DNA of 64,000 bases. Source: Balanoglossus misakiensis. Lineage: Eukaryota > Animalia > Hemichordata. Below the pieces are notes generated by a model, which saw only the letters and a program-made list of their open reading frames with translations, was not told where the DNA came from and did not search any database. Positions 1 through 12,900 of the stretch are shown here, piece by piece; the first letter of the stretch is position 1; every line of letters begins with the position of its first letter. The position numbers and the translations under genes are program-made. Location of the stretch: NCBI GenBank assembly GCA_040954595.2, contig CM082584.2, positions 13,011,237-13,075,236 on the forward strand, in the 5' to 3' direction.

Positions 1-78
1 GCATAGTTACCTTTTATGATTTCTTTCCATCTCACTTGACTCATACAGTTCCCCTCATAATATTTTCTTTACTTGCAG

Positions 79-660
79 CACTGGAAAGAGATCCCTGCTG
101 ATGGTATTTACAACATTGATTTCAGTGATTGCCCTCTGAAAGATGAATTCCCAAAGGAAATCTCAAGATATCCTTGGATGTGGGGTTCATCAAGTGAGGT
201 AGATGATAAAGATACTGGACTGGTATCTGACGGCATTGCCAGTGAAGATGCTGGTTCAAGCAAAAAATTAACATCAGAGACACTGGCCGGAAGTGACAGT
301 TCTGCCAAAGGTCAAAGATCATGCCATTTACATAGAGACAAGGTAGTTGATATTGAGCAATGGAAAAAATCGTTTCTTGGCAGTGACTCAGGGCCAAGTT
401 CAGATGTCACACCAGAAGGAGTTAGATTTGTTACTGCAACTTTTGGGATTTTATCTCCTGTGAAACCATTCAGTCGAATTTTACCCGCTTCATTGCAATC
501 AAGGAGTTATCCCATCTGTAATACATCAACATCTTCCAGCAGTTCATCCTCAACATCATCTGCCTCAGTGTCAACGTACACATCCTCCTCCTCCTCCTCC
601 TCCTCATCATCATCATCATCATTGTCATCATCATCAGCATCATCATCATCGTCATCGTCG

Positions 661-706
<46 letters not shown>

Positions 707-1196
707 TGTTGCCATCATCTCAATCAATGGTTGAAAAATCAACAAGCAAACCTCCATCATCAGTTGCCACAGAAAATGAGTTAGCTGACTCTGTGAGAAA
801 TACTCTTGCTGTGAAAGAGGATGAGGTGGTCAGGACTGATGTACTGTCAAATGCAAGTGTGGAAACTGCAGCTCTAGCAGAACAGCTTATCAATGTACTT
901 GGGGAATCTGTCCGCAAGCGAGTGTTCAACCTGCCAAGGACACGTGTTGTGCCTGGCAACCATAGAGATGACACAAACTCAGAAGTTGGACATGATAGTG
1001 AAGAGAGTGTAGTGACTGCTTTAGCTGACAAGCATGGGGATGAGATTTTGGCCAAATCTGCAGAGGGTTGCCATGGGAAGAGAAGAAGCAGCTCCACATC
1101 TCAAGAAGGAGGTTTTCCAGAGGTTAAACCCGCACATGTTGCTGTGTTATTCAGTGGTGGTTTGGATTCAATAGTCATTGCTGCTCTGGCCGATAG
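79..1196 (+). CDS. ASNSD1: ASNSD1 internal coding exon (gene starts upstream of the window); linker with poly-Ser and start of the synthetase domain
   Basis: ttgcag acceptor at 77-78 and gtaagt donor at 1197. Encodes HWKEIPADGIYNIDF, LINVLGESVRKRVFNLPR and AHVAVLFSGGLDSIVIAALADR (SGGxDS PP-loop typical of ASNSD1). Confidence 0.93.
583..705 (+). repeat. (TCC)n/(TCA)n trinucleotide microsatellite encoding poly-serine
   Basis: Directly visible TCC/TCA/TCG run, in frame within the ASNSD1 exon. Confidence 0.95.
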
Positions 1197-1469
1197 GTAA
1201 GTGTGTCCTAGCAACTTTTGATAATATGTCTGTGAATGCCTGTACAAGTGTTATGTGTTTCTTAGCCATGTGTCAGAAGTCGGCAGCAAGTTTGACAGGT
1301 ATATGGTCAAGGGCGCCCTCATATGGCCAACATGGAAAGAACATGAAAGTTGAGATAAAAACGTTCGTAAAAAGACACAAAAAAGGATAATAGAAGTATA
1401 TTTATCTTCATCTTTGATTAATGTTCCTGTATTTTTTCTGCATATTTCTTTTATCCTGCAAAATTCTAG

Positions 1470-1571
1470 ATTTCTACCGTGTGATGAGCCTATTGATCTG
1501 TTGAATGTTGCATTTCACCAACAAAAGAAAGAAAGCGTCATCAAGAAAGGAAAGACAAAGTCTGTAGAACA
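1470..1571 (+). CDS. ASNSD1: ASNSD1 coding exon
   Basis: ctag acceptor, gtaagt donor, phase 2-2. Encodes FLPCDEPIDLLNVAF, a conserved ASNSD1 motif. Confidence 0.92.
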
Positions 1572-1681
1572 GTAAGTAATATTCTATGGTCTCCATGAAA
1601 TTTACTCTCCCTCTTGTCACATTATGATACTTTCATTGATTTTGATTCCTTGGAATAATTATCTTTTTTTGTATTTAATAG

Positions 1682-1778
1682 GAAAGATCCGTACATGGTA
1701 CCAGACAGAATAACTGGTAGAGCCGGGCTTCTTGAATTGCAGAGTTTGAATCCAGATAGGCAGTGGAATTTTATCGAG
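1682..1778 (+). CDS. ASNSD1: ASNSD1 coding exon
   Basis: Encodes [32 protein letters not shown] (VPDRITG motif). Flanked by AG and GT. Confidence 0.92.
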
Positions 1779-1905
1779 GTATACCCCTCGTAAAATGCTC
1801 AACATTGTTGACTGTTGAAAGTTTGTTAATCAATGCTGACCCAGTTTATAAACAGTGGTTCACTGAACCATTAGAAACCAATAAATTTTTCTGTCCATAT
1901 TTCAG

Positions 1906-1940
1906 GTCAATGTAACATTGGATGAATTGAAGGAAATAAG
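1906..1940 (+). CDS. ASNSD1: ASNSD1 35-nt coding exon
   Basis: tttcag acceptor and gtaaaa donor. Encodes VNVTLDELKEIR and keeps the frame between neighbouring exons. Confidence 0.88.
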
Positions 1941-2190
1941 GTAAAATACTGTGAAGTGTAAAGCATATATATAGGAGTATTTGGCTTGAAATTATGTGCC
2001 ATTGAATCATCAATTATTGCCCTAATCACGAAAGGTTTTCACACACAAAATGTAAGTCAACCAACAACAATAGTTTGCTGTGCTTAAGGAGGCAACAGAC
2101 TCCATTCAAAGACAGTGATCATGATGTAACCATGGTAATGTGTCTTTAATTGAGGCTGTAGTTCTCTCATATTCTAAAACTTGCCTTCAG

Positions 2191-2356
2191 GCAGGAGACA
2201 ATAAGTGACCTGGTGTATCCATTGGAGACGGTCCTTGACGATAGCATTGGTTGTGCAGTTTGGTTTGCTGCAAAGGGTTCTGGGATATTACTCAATCCAC
2301 ATGACAAGGAAAGTGCAGCTGGGCATGCTGGGAAATCATACACAAGCAAAGCCAGG
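2191..2356 (+). CDS. ASNSD1: ASNSD1 coding exon
   Basis: Encodes QETISDLVYPLETVLDDSIGCAVWFAAKG...YTSKAR. ccttcag acceptor and gtaaaa donor. Confidence 0.92.
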
Positions 2357-2604
2357 GTAAAACAAAATGGATCTACGTTTACAGTCAACAAAATTTGTGA
2401 AATGAATAGAAGATTCAGATTAGACTGCATTGCACAATTATATGGATTATGGCAGACATTTGAATGTTATTCCTGTGGTTGTGTTTTTACTTCTTGTGTT
2501 TTTTTTTTGTATAATGGTGACCATGTTTAACATGAGTTAGTCTGTTTGATGACGGCCAAAAATAATGCTGATTATGTACTGAGTTGTATGATTTTTTTCA
2601 ACAG

Positions 2605-2672
2605 GTCATTCTTGTCGGCATGGGAGCTGATGAACAGTTAGCTGGCTACTCAAGACACAGGTCACGATTCCA
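2605..2672 (+). CDS. ASNSD1: ASNSD1 coding exon
   Basis: Encodes [22 protein letters not shown] (GxGADE motif of asparagine synthetase-like domains). Confidence 0.93.
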
Positions 2673-2778
2673 GTAAGTTGTGAAAGAAAGTGTGAATTCC
2701 TTCCACCAGTCAGAATTCTGTTTCTGCCAATCAGTTGGACTGGCGGATTGACTCCCTTTCTGCATTTTTCTCCATTAG

Positions 2779-2862
2779 ATCTGAAGGCTGGCATGGTCTG
2801 ATAAGTGAAATAGAAATGGAAATAAAGAGGATATCTTCAAGAAATCTTGGCAGAGATGACAG
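2779..2862 (+). CDS. ASNSD1: ASNSD1 coding exon
   Basis: Encodes SEGWHGLISEIEMEIKRISSRNLGRDDR (RNLGRDDR motif). Confidence 0.93.
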
Positions 2863-2978
2863 GTATGAATATGAGATGATATTACAAATGTAGCAATGAA
2901 TTGCTGGATTCATCTAATTTCTACTATTTTCCCCAAATACTGCTAAAATTTATCTGCTTTTGTTATTTTTGTTTATAG

Positions 2979-3069
2979 AATCATCTCAGATCACGGCCGA
3001 GAATCCAGATTTCCTTTTCTTGATGAGCAGGTGGTGTCATTTCTGAACAGTCTTCCTATTCACAAAAAG
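2979..3069 (+). CDS. ASNSD1: ASNSD1 coding exon
   Basis: Encodes [30 protein letters not shown] (ExRxPFLD motif). Confidence 0.93.
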
Positions 3070-3217
3070 GTATGTCAATAGTTTTCCTTTCCTTATCACA
3101 AGTTAGAGAAAAATGTATACACTGCATTTGGCTTTCTCTTGTAAAACCTTAATGTATCAAGTAAAAACAGCTTTTAAGATGTTGAATAAAACTGAGGCTA
3201 ACTGATCTGATTTTCAG

Positions 3218-3397
3218 GTGGACCTCAGTTTGCCCCGTGGGATCGGTGAGAAGCATCTGCTGAGAGTTGCAGCCCGACAGCTTGGACTCACTGCCTCAGC
3301 CAGTCTTCCAAAGAGAGCTATTCAGTTTGGATCTCGCATCGCTAAAATGGAAAATAACCACGAGAAGGCCTCAGATAGATGCAGCAGATTACTTTGA
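3218..3397 (+). CDS. ASNSD1: ASNSD1 last coding exon
   Basis: Encodes [24 protein letters not shown]...[30 protein letters not shown], with the TGA stop at 3395-3397. Confidence 0.93.
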   Translation: MDLSLPRGIGEKHLLRVAARQLGLTASASLPKRAIQFGSRIAKMENNHEKASDRCSRLL

Positions 3398-3558
3398 GTG
3401 ATAGACGTTTGTGAAGCTTGTGTTGCTGAATATTGACAACATTATGGCCAACTTTCAGTTTTGCTGAATGAGCATCATTTAATCTTTCTCAGTTTTTTTC
3501 CGGATTTTTACATTGTGGATTCTTAACTTATAAATAATAGAAAATTTGATGGCATTTT

Positions 3559-3564
3559 AATAAA
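3559..3564 (+). terminator. Probable ASNSD1 polyadenylation signal
   Basis: AATAAA about 160 nt after the stop, followed by a T/GT-rich tract. Confidence 0.65.
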
Positions 3565-3646
3565 GCATGAAATAACAGACTCTTGATGTTTAATGTCATT
3601 GTGTACGTCCTGTTCCCATGTTTAGTGGTATGATTTCATATAATAC

Positions 3647-3785
3647 TACTGTAAACCTGACTAAATCGAACCCTGTCTATTAAATCTGGAGACCTATCTA
3701 TAGCAAAATTCTTTTTCAATCCCTCTCATATAAAAACCACATGTTAAAAGAACCTCTATAAACCGGACACCTATGCAAACCAAAC
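3647..3785. mobile_element. Degenerate half of a Tc1/pogo-type MITE
   Basis: Starts TACTGTAAACCTG, resembling TA-CAGT...AAACCT termini. Has internal sub-repeats acct.tcta.aaaccggacacct. The other terminus was not found. Confidence 0.35.
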
Positions 3786-3789
3786 GAAC

Positions 3790-4560
3790 CGTCGCAGAAA
3801 ACTTTGACCAATCAAATTGGCCATGTGTGACATCATTTACATCCGGGTCAGTGACCTTTCGGTACTGAAGAGGTCATTCAAGCAAGCTGCGTGAAATCAA
3901 AATCTCAGACGTGCATTCGGCTCTTATGGTTGATGACTGATTGATCTCCTCCTGATGAACAGAATTAAGTCCGCTTGGACAAGCGGAGTCGGTAAGTCTG
4001 TCTCGATTACTTGGCGATTCATTTTAGGGTCGTTTGATGACCAGGACGAGGCTGTGCTGTCTGCAAGCTGTCTGCTACCGACCGACTGCTCGTGCCAACA
4101 TGGCGATCAGGTTGTCCATTTTTTGTTGAGTGCGGATTTCTTGTTACGATATGCATAAGCTAATGCATAAGCTCATCTTGAAACATTATGCTGAAACGAA
4201 AGCGTCATGATATCGGAATGCATACAGGTCCCGGGGCCTGACAGAAGTTTTTGAATCGCCTGGCAACAGTTCTTTCGTTTTTTGCAACCTTTGGCTTTGC
4301 GGGCGACTTCAATATTGTTGGGTGTTATCACCTTGTGAAGTCTTTTGTACAGCCTTGGGTGCCCAGTCAGAAAGCCTGTCCGTCTGCACAATAGAAGAAA
4401 GTCCACTAGAATGTTGCTATAGCGATATACAACAAAATGTCCGTTGCCATGGCACCGTATATATTTTAGCACCCTATTAGCATAAATCTCATTAGCATAC
4501 ATAAACAAAAGCTTAGTCACTGTCCTCTCATTTACATACATGCAGCATTAACATAATGGA
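3790..4560 (+). promoter_or_regulatory. CpG-rich promoter-like region with candidate first exon (ending 3991), probably of KANK
   Basis: Sharp rise in CpG relative to the ASNSD1 body. CCAAT near 3808, strong G|GTAAGT donor at 3992, YY1-like CCAACATGGCG at 4095-4105, X-box-like sites at 4413 and 4443. Confidence 0.5.
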
Positions 4561-7500
4561 CAGGCTTGTTCAAGAATGATGCATCGAAATAAACAAGTTA
4601 TGATTGTTTGTCAAGATACTTCTCAATCATCAATGAAAAAAAAATTTGTTGGCTGCTTTGTTGACCTTGATATGTTGTAAGAACTGTGAATAAAGTTTTT
4701 TTAATCTCATGGGGTATATTTGTGATTGTTCAATTTGTTCCGGAGAATTTGTGAAGTTAGTTTTCGAATAATGAAGTCCAATGACAGAAAAACCCATATG
4801 TCCCAAGTTTGAATAAGAACTTCTCATGCATGATGCATGCATGTACCAGTGTTCTCCCCTGAACAAATTAGGAGTACCGGTATCGACCGATACCCTTTAA
4901 TTTTGGGGGAAGAATGGAAACTCATTAGTAATTCCCCCTAACCTTCCCCTCCCCCAAAACAAATCTTTGTCAATGTGATCAGGTAACAGACAAACATCAG
5001 TGGCAGGCCATTACCCACATATGTGCAAATCCAACACTGATGTTTCCCTAGTTACCTGGTATTTCTCAAGGCATTATCTGATAAAATATTTTAATTGCCT
5101 TCTGAAAGTGCCCTGTATTTGTGTGTTTATTGGAAACTCTTCACCAAAGTATAATAGTTGTACTTTGCACAACAGATCATTATCCATCACCCATCCCATA
5201 AAGGCATTAAACTCTGTTTGCTGTTTTTGACTTGGTTATTGACTTGAAGTCTGTGGTCAGATTGATACAACAGAAGTACTGATACCACTCACCTAATTGG
5301 TGGATAGAATTAGAAAATCCCAAGGACCATTGCTACTGTCTTCCTTTGAACAAAGATCATTCAGACTTTGTTTTCCCATTTTGAAATATAAAATGAGATC
5401 TTTTGATTGATTGATTTCATCAAATGTGACACAAGAACTACTGAGCAAAGCACAGTTACCCTTTTGGCTAACTCTGCCCCGATCCATGTAACCAAACAAT
5501 TGGCCAAACTCAGCTACATGTAGCAATAGAGGAGCTTATGGTTGTCAGCAACCACACAATGCTACGCTGGTTTTTCTTTGAAAATCCAGACATCTGGTCT
5601 TGCAAAAGATGAAACAAATGAACAATACCAGTAGTGTTGGATTGTCGTGTGAACAGGTTCAGTTCAATTCCATTTGCATGTAACTGTTTATTGAAACTGA
5701 AAACCAGGGTATTTCCAAAGTCAACTCTAAATACCAAGACCTTTGTGTTCAGATTAAGTTTGGTTTCGTGTGTATACAGGTCTTAGGGTTTAGATTCTCA
5801 CTCTGTTTGGCAAGCCTTGGTGGCAATGTTTGTCTGTTTCATTGCATTGTGTGTGGAGTTCCAAACCATGGAATGTACATTGCTGGTGATTGACAGATAA
5901 TATGATTATCAATATAAAAAAGAAAAGTTTGATTATGTGAGCACTTTGTATATGTAACAGCAGCACTTTGTACATGTAATAGATTTTCTTTTGTTCTCTT
6001 GATATGGAAGAGCCATGCTCGGTAGGCAGTGGTTGCACACACATGTACAAGTCAATACAGATCAGAAATATAAGTTTCCTACTGGGTAATAGCTCTGGGC
6101 TAAACATATAAACAATAGCACAAGCTATAAACCAGACTACAGATTACAATAGACAGACTGCATAACAAAATGTATGCAGTAAGCTAACGCTGAATGCATG
6201 ATCTGTACTGTACATCTATGTACCTCACATATCCATTCTAGGCTCTGTTAATACATGTACATTTGTACCTGCTGTAGTCTTGTTCTGGCATGCTGTTTGA
6301 GTCAGACTGAATAAAGCAAAAAAAAATCTTTGATCAGTATAATGAGTTGTCTTACTGCCTGATTGGACTCTAATGAACAACATGATGGATTACTTGTAGC
6401 TTTCAGACAAAAAAATAAAAGAAAAAGATAAAAGAAAAGTTGGATTTGAAGGTTGGCAAAGGTTTCTGGATCAGTGCCAGTGACTGGGGTATTGTTATAG
6501 TGGCCAGGTAGTCTGAGCCTGCCTGCACGTATAACACAGACAAATGTTGAAAGGGGTAAGTTTCTTTTGCGTCGGTGGTTACAGTTTGCATGAGGTGATC
6601 AGTTTGTAGATCCCGAGGTGCAAAGGCTATCGTCGGAGGAGAATCATTGTGATTGAGCTTTGCTGAAAGCTGTGCATGCAAGTAAGTGAGAAACGAGCAG
6701 AATTTGGTCGTCAGGAGGTCGTTTTACAATACATATTTATGCTGTAAAATGCAGGTGATGTTGTGTCAGGAATATGCTGCATGGATACTTGGCAAGGGCG
6801 GGTGGGTGAGTGGTATAATTGTTGTGTGTGTGCATTGATACCCTGACAGAGGTGCGTGGCATTCTAGATATGAAAGTTACACCCTCTTATCTGAATTGAG
6901 GTCCTCTTGCTAATGGAAGGAAAAACAGTGCGGGTGGTTGGAGAATGAGCTTGCTGTGACAAACGGAGACAGATATAGTTTGCTGTTAGCTTTGTTGTTG
7001 TCTAGGGGGTACATTGTTAATGTTTGTAAACGTCATGGACTAAGTTGGCCAGTAAATTTGATAGGTCTGCATTAGGGTAATGTGTTTACCAATCGAGTTG
7101 TGCAGACTTCGTTGGTGATACATGTACAGATCTGATGTGCATACTGTATATATCACATGCTGCTGACGTGCCCTGGAAAAACGACACTGCAGTTTGACTT
7201 TGACTATGTGGAAAACTGACTGGAATCTTCACTATACTTTGATTCTAGATTATTACTGCTGACACTGGATGACTGTTTATACTACAAAAAGCTCACTCGT
7301 GTTCAGCTGTACGGCACCAAGACCCTGGCTAGTTTAGCGGTGTGCAACATTCCCATGGTGTGTGGATGGACAACTTTATGACAGAGTAGGTATAGCTTCA
7401 CTAATGTTGCAGCAGTCATGCATTGTAAGTCTAATAACCGGACCAACTGTCGGCATTTTGCAGCTTAATTTCCATCACTTTGATGTCACCCACTCCCTGT

Positions 7501-9885
7501 GCATACCTGTTTAATCAGCGCGTTATCCCAGACTACAGTGTGCATTGTACTTCTCCAGGTGTCTTGTGTGTGGGGGTTAACATGGCAAATGAAGTCATGC
7601 GTGCCAACAATGACATTGCCTGCCCTGCTCAGTTTGGACTGGTTTTACCACATCTTGGTGATAGAGGGAATTGAAAAGAAGCTGTAAGGTGCACTGAACA
7701 CAGTGGTTGACTGTAATACTAATTGAAGTTCGATATTGTGCTGTGCACTGTGGGCTTGACAGTTTGTGCATTTAAATTGAGAAGTGTGTGTGCTGTGCAT
7801 GCATCAGGGTAAGTCTGTCAGTTGTCCAGAATCTCTCCTGTAATTTTTCTAGTGTTTCTTGCCGGGGTACTGTCCTTGCATATACACATGTACATGATGA
7901 AACATCTGCATCATAAGATCAACAGGTGGTTCCAAGCTGCTTGGAGACTGGTATGTTAGTGATGTATTAACAAGTGCTGCTGCGTTTTATGACAGACCAG
8001 TTTACAGATTGATTCACAACAGGATATCAGCTGAAGATTTCCTGAGGTCAAGTGGGGTTGTAACTTTGTTTGTCCTCCACCTTCCAGCAATGCTACTCAA
8101 AATGTAATTTGTCAAAAATTATGTCGACCAAGACATTTGTCCATGTCAAGGTGCACGTATGTGTTCTGTACCGTAATCTCAGATCTCCTCTGCTGAGAGC
8201 CTGTCTATGATTGTACTTTCATCACTTGGGGAAGAAACTTGGAATCTCAGACAGGTTTTAGAGAAACCATACAGAAACTTTCTAAGTTTCCATCTCAAGA
8301 CTAGTCTGTCATATACATGTATCTTAAGGATTATCAGTACATCAGCTGATCAGGTTGTCATATTGATAATAATCTATAATGCATGGAGGTTGTCAGGTGC
8401 TATGTCATGTGGAGGTTTGTGGTTGTACCATGGTGATTCTAAAGAGCTTGGTGTTGTAGAGTGTTGCCTTGCTATAACAGCCTTTGTGATAAGATAGTAA
8501 ATACATTGCTTGTTGTGTGTGTGTTCAAATTATTTTACCCTTGTGACATTTGACCCACCAGGTGCTGTTTATAGTCAAAGTCAAACTGCAGTGTCGTGTT
8601 GGGTGTTGTTGAAAATCCCATGTGGTTTTCAGGAGTAATGTTCACGTGTACATGTAGGAAAACAAAATGGTAATATCAGAAATACTATTTTATTCTCATT
8701 AGTTCATACATAAGAATGCATATCCTAACATTTGGGCTCCATGTGTTCTGCATAACTTCGGAATTCGGATGATCGTTACACCTTCTGTGATTTGCTCTCA
8801 TTCAAGAGAATTGCATGAATCAACCAATCAAAGTAAAGCTAATATGATATGTTGCTAGGGCTTTACAGCTCGTGAATGATTTTTAGATGCATTGGTATGC
8901 AGCTCAGAGACAGGTTGCAACTCAACACCACAGAAAATACAGTCAGAAATTCCAAAGGGAGATTCTGTAACAGTGTAATTCTTACATTCAAAGAGCAGGA
9001 CCAGGGCCCATACCACTTTAGCTGTGTTTATGCTAGATACATGTCAATAGCAAATGGACTGGTAAACATTCTTTGAGACTGTCCCAGTTGAGGGCACCCA
9101 GCCACCAGCAAATGGACAGCGATGACAAACACCTCTTCCCTACGGCCACATTACCGGTATGTCCTTGAGTCTACAAGTAGTGGTACTTACTGGTCTGGAA
9201 TAAAGATCTCACTTTTTTGAAGGGTTGACTGACACTTCACATACACATGCACAGAGGGAAGATGACTAAAGTTTTGATGGAAAAATCACTCCTATCCATC
9301 CAACTATGTATCCATCGATTCCATGGATCCACCCCTTTCTTCCATCCATGCCTCGGAGCTTTCCTAATCCTACATTCATCTATCAATCTTCCAAGCTATT
9401 CTGTCAGTGTTTATAATTACAACAGGTATTTTGTTTGGCAGAGTGTTTTATTTTATCAATGCCACAAAAAAAGATGTTTGGTAATTGTGCAATTGTAGAC
9501 AATGCACAAGTATTCTTTCAAACTGTTCTACATTGTAGACCATTGTAATGCCATTGTTCTTCCCTTTGTATTCTTATCCAGGTATCCGACATCCGAGTGA
9601 GGATTGTTTTATTTCAAGGTGTTCCTTTGCTTTGAATTTGTGTGTAGCGAATCACAGTTAGCAAATAACCCGTAGGTGTAGATTGTGGAATTGTATAGGG
9701 TAATTGATCTTGGATTAGTGAATTGCAAGGAAGAGGTTGGAGTATGATGTGATGACCCTGTAATTGGTGGAACAGTGTATTGTAAATTGATTGCATTCTG
9801 TGGCTGTCTGCATTGTTCGTTTATGATGAAGTAAGTTTGCTACTGAATTTTAACCACTTCATAGCATTGTCTCTTTATATTTCAG

Positions 9886-9978
9886 GTGCTGTGATTGAAG
9901 TAGCCTTATCCTGAAGTTTATAACTGCTGATATTTTTTGTAAAAGAAGGCATTTGAACTTTGTTGGTTTCAAGTGCAG
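9886..9978 (+). other. Candidate non-coding 5' UTR exon
   Basis: Pyrimidine tract plus tttcag acceptor, and CAG|GTAAGT consensus donor. No homology recognised. Confidence 0.4.
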
Positions 9979-12900
9979 GTAAGTAACTAATCTTTTTCTT
10001 GCTGAAAAGTTGAAGTTTATTCAAGTAGCATTGTAACATGGCAGAAGTGTTGCAACTTAAAGTAAGTCTTGAAGGAGTCACAGGTTAGCATGGTTCTTAA
10101 ACAGGACATGTACCTCTCGCCAAGACTTGCTTTGGTCTGTCACACAGCTGCCCTGTTTTCATATAGTGCCTTTGCAACCTAACGCAACTGAACAGGTCAA
10201 GACCCTGTGTTTGTGTGTGGTTACTTCTAAGTTTATGTAGCGTATCCAGCATACAGACACGCAGGTTATGTGTGGCAGAGATTGATCTGGTGTAGACTGT
10301 TCAAAGGAAGATAGATGGATGATGAGTTTAAATGCTATTGTTCAAAAGTGACACCAAGAATAAAGGCAAGGGGTTGAAATTTATTGAGCAGCTGCACACT
10401 TGCGTTAGTAATATATAACACGTAGTGACGTTAGTCCTGAAGCAACCAGACATCTTGGCCTGCAGGAATCTATGCTTGACAGCGTTCCATTGTTCTCAAG
10501 GCTTTAAATTTAAGGAAAGATGGACTTCCCTGGTCTTTATGTATATTGTATCTGTTCACCTTTGTTTCACGGGGCGGTGCAGAGACATCAGTTTTGTAAA
10601 GAATTTGAGATCCCCTCTGGCTTTTGTGGCTGTGTGTTGACGATCTGCAAAGTGCAATGAACAGACATGGGCATGTCCACCTTGGCGTATCTTTGATGCA
10701 TGGGTGGGACGGTCGTGGCACAGTAAGGGGTTGTGGCTGGTGGGTGGACCAGTGGCAGGTTGAGAGAATGAAGGTCTGCAAAATGTCACACAGCTTGGAA
10801 ATAGTGAGGAACTGTGGTAGCTCTAGCTATCAGCATTGTCCAATTTGGTCCTTGGTTGTACCTTGTGTCAGAAATGACCTCTTCAGATTGGTTCAAGTCT
10901 ACTTCAACTACTGTTTACATGTACCTTAAAAAACGTGTTATATTGCCCCTGCAAGCATACTGGTGGCCAGAATTCCACCCTTGGGCCAAAGACCATCAAG
11001 AATTGTCCTCTTCTGACACCCAGAGGGGTAAAAATCATCTTGTCTGGTATTTGGCAATAACAAAATAAAAGTGAAGGGCCTTTTGTATTTCTGTTGTGGT
11101 AAACTACATGCACCTGAAGAGATGACGTCATATTTACCAGTGCCTCAGGACAACAAATGTTTCTTGTGATGTAGACCTTTGATGTTTGTGGCAATGTTTA
11201 TCTAACCCAACAAATATCACTTCCCAGCGTCCATCTGTTTTCATATTCACTAACAAAAATTGCTCAGGTAACTTCACCTGAGATTCTAGGCCACCTTGTT
11301 CTACCATTTCACCACTCTATGATTTTTACTGCTGAATTCAACAAATCGTAAAAAATGTCAACTTAGCACGTGCTAGTTTTACTGCAGTCCTGACCCCAGG
11401 GATAGTTTATTTTCTTTATTTGTAATAAAAGCAACATCAAGATTTGTACAATGGCAAAGTGTCTTCATAGTCCAGTAGAAAAATACACATTCATTGGCAA
11501 TGAAATATATTTTAGGATCGGCAATCAGAGATTTCTGTGGGCAGATTGTTATGGGTACACCCAGGTCACGTTTTGAAGTCAGAACTTATGATCTCTGATG
11601 AATGACAGCAAAGAGGGTGGTTTTGGTTTGTGTGCACTCCACCCAGTGGTTGCTTTTGTGAAAAGGTGATCATTCATAAAAAGGGAGAATCTGACCAGAC
11701 ATTTTCCTTTAGAGGTTTTGTAGAAGTGTTTGAATTAAAGGTTTTAAGGTGATTGCGCTTGATTTTATGTCCAATCATGGACAACTGAGTGACTGTTTGA
11801 ACAGTTGCAGCTCCAGCCAGTCTAATTCAAATTCTGGACACAACTAAGCACGGGGTCAGCGCTGACCACATTGGTGGCATGTCGCAAAACAACTTGGTGG
11901 AACGTGGAATTTTGAGACTTTTGAGGGCATAGTCCCCTGAGGAATGACAGGTGAGGGGGGGGGGGTTAATCTGTGGTGGGTGAAATAGCCGTGGAGATCC
12001 CACTCCAATCTGCCTGTTATTGCAATGTTCTGTAGGCACTTTGTAGTTAAGTAGGCAATGCATTTTTGGAATGCATGCAGAGACTCTTAGTGTTAATTCT
12101 AGATATTGTTGAGAGCCCTGAGTGTGACCACTTCACCCTCCATCCCATCATGTGCATTATAATTTAAATTTATTCTGGAATACTTTATTTGTCTGAAAAC
12201 GTGACAAGACAATTTTCTCCCTGGAGCTGTGTCGACAATCGTGCCTCCTCGGGTGGACCAGTTTCAGTTGTCTGTCTCACCAACTTTGATGTCTGTAATA
12301 TGTTTCACCATATATTACCCAGTATTTTGCTTAGGGGTTACAGTGTAAAGAATTTACTTTGGAAAGGTTGTTTGGCAGTTTGATTTGTAATCTGAGATGA
12401 AGGATATGTAGATTCATTTTTTTCACGAAGCTTGTAATGCTTGGCTATTAGCCTGCCATTTACAGACTGATATACCTACAAAGCATTATTATGCTCCATA
12501 CACAAGTCATCAACATTTCACGGTCGTTTGTGAATGATGAAGAAAAAGCTGGTTGCAGTTAGCGAGGGCATTCAAGCGTGAAATTGAAATCGAGTTTTCG
12601 AGATTGACCAACATTTTTTAAGGTGAAGGTCATTCTCGCTTAAAGATCTGTAGCGATTACCAATTATGGCCAGCATTTTTCCTTCAGAAGTGTTATTTGG
12701 CAAGAATGTACTGTATGTAACAGTAAAGAAAGGTTTGTATGTACAGCTAACGTTGTGAAACAATGCATGTAAAGGCTATGATGCAGATTAAACAAAGAGT
12801 TTCAATTCCTGAGTCTGCTGAATGCAAATTGTGTGAGGGAAGTACACAGCTGAAATATTTTGATAAAACGTAGAGACCCTCCATGGAAACAAACCCTTGT

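Noticed and set aside
470-760. Minus-strand poly-Met ORF, and the poly-Cys/poly-Val ORFs at 44632-44992
   Set aside because: These are antisense readings of the TCA and CAA microsatellites in real exons.
4901-4959. TTTTGGGGGA...TCCCCCAAAA inverted repeat as a possible pre-miRNA
   Set aside because: The stem is only about 10 bp with a poorly pairing interior. It is more likely a decayed MITE or chance.
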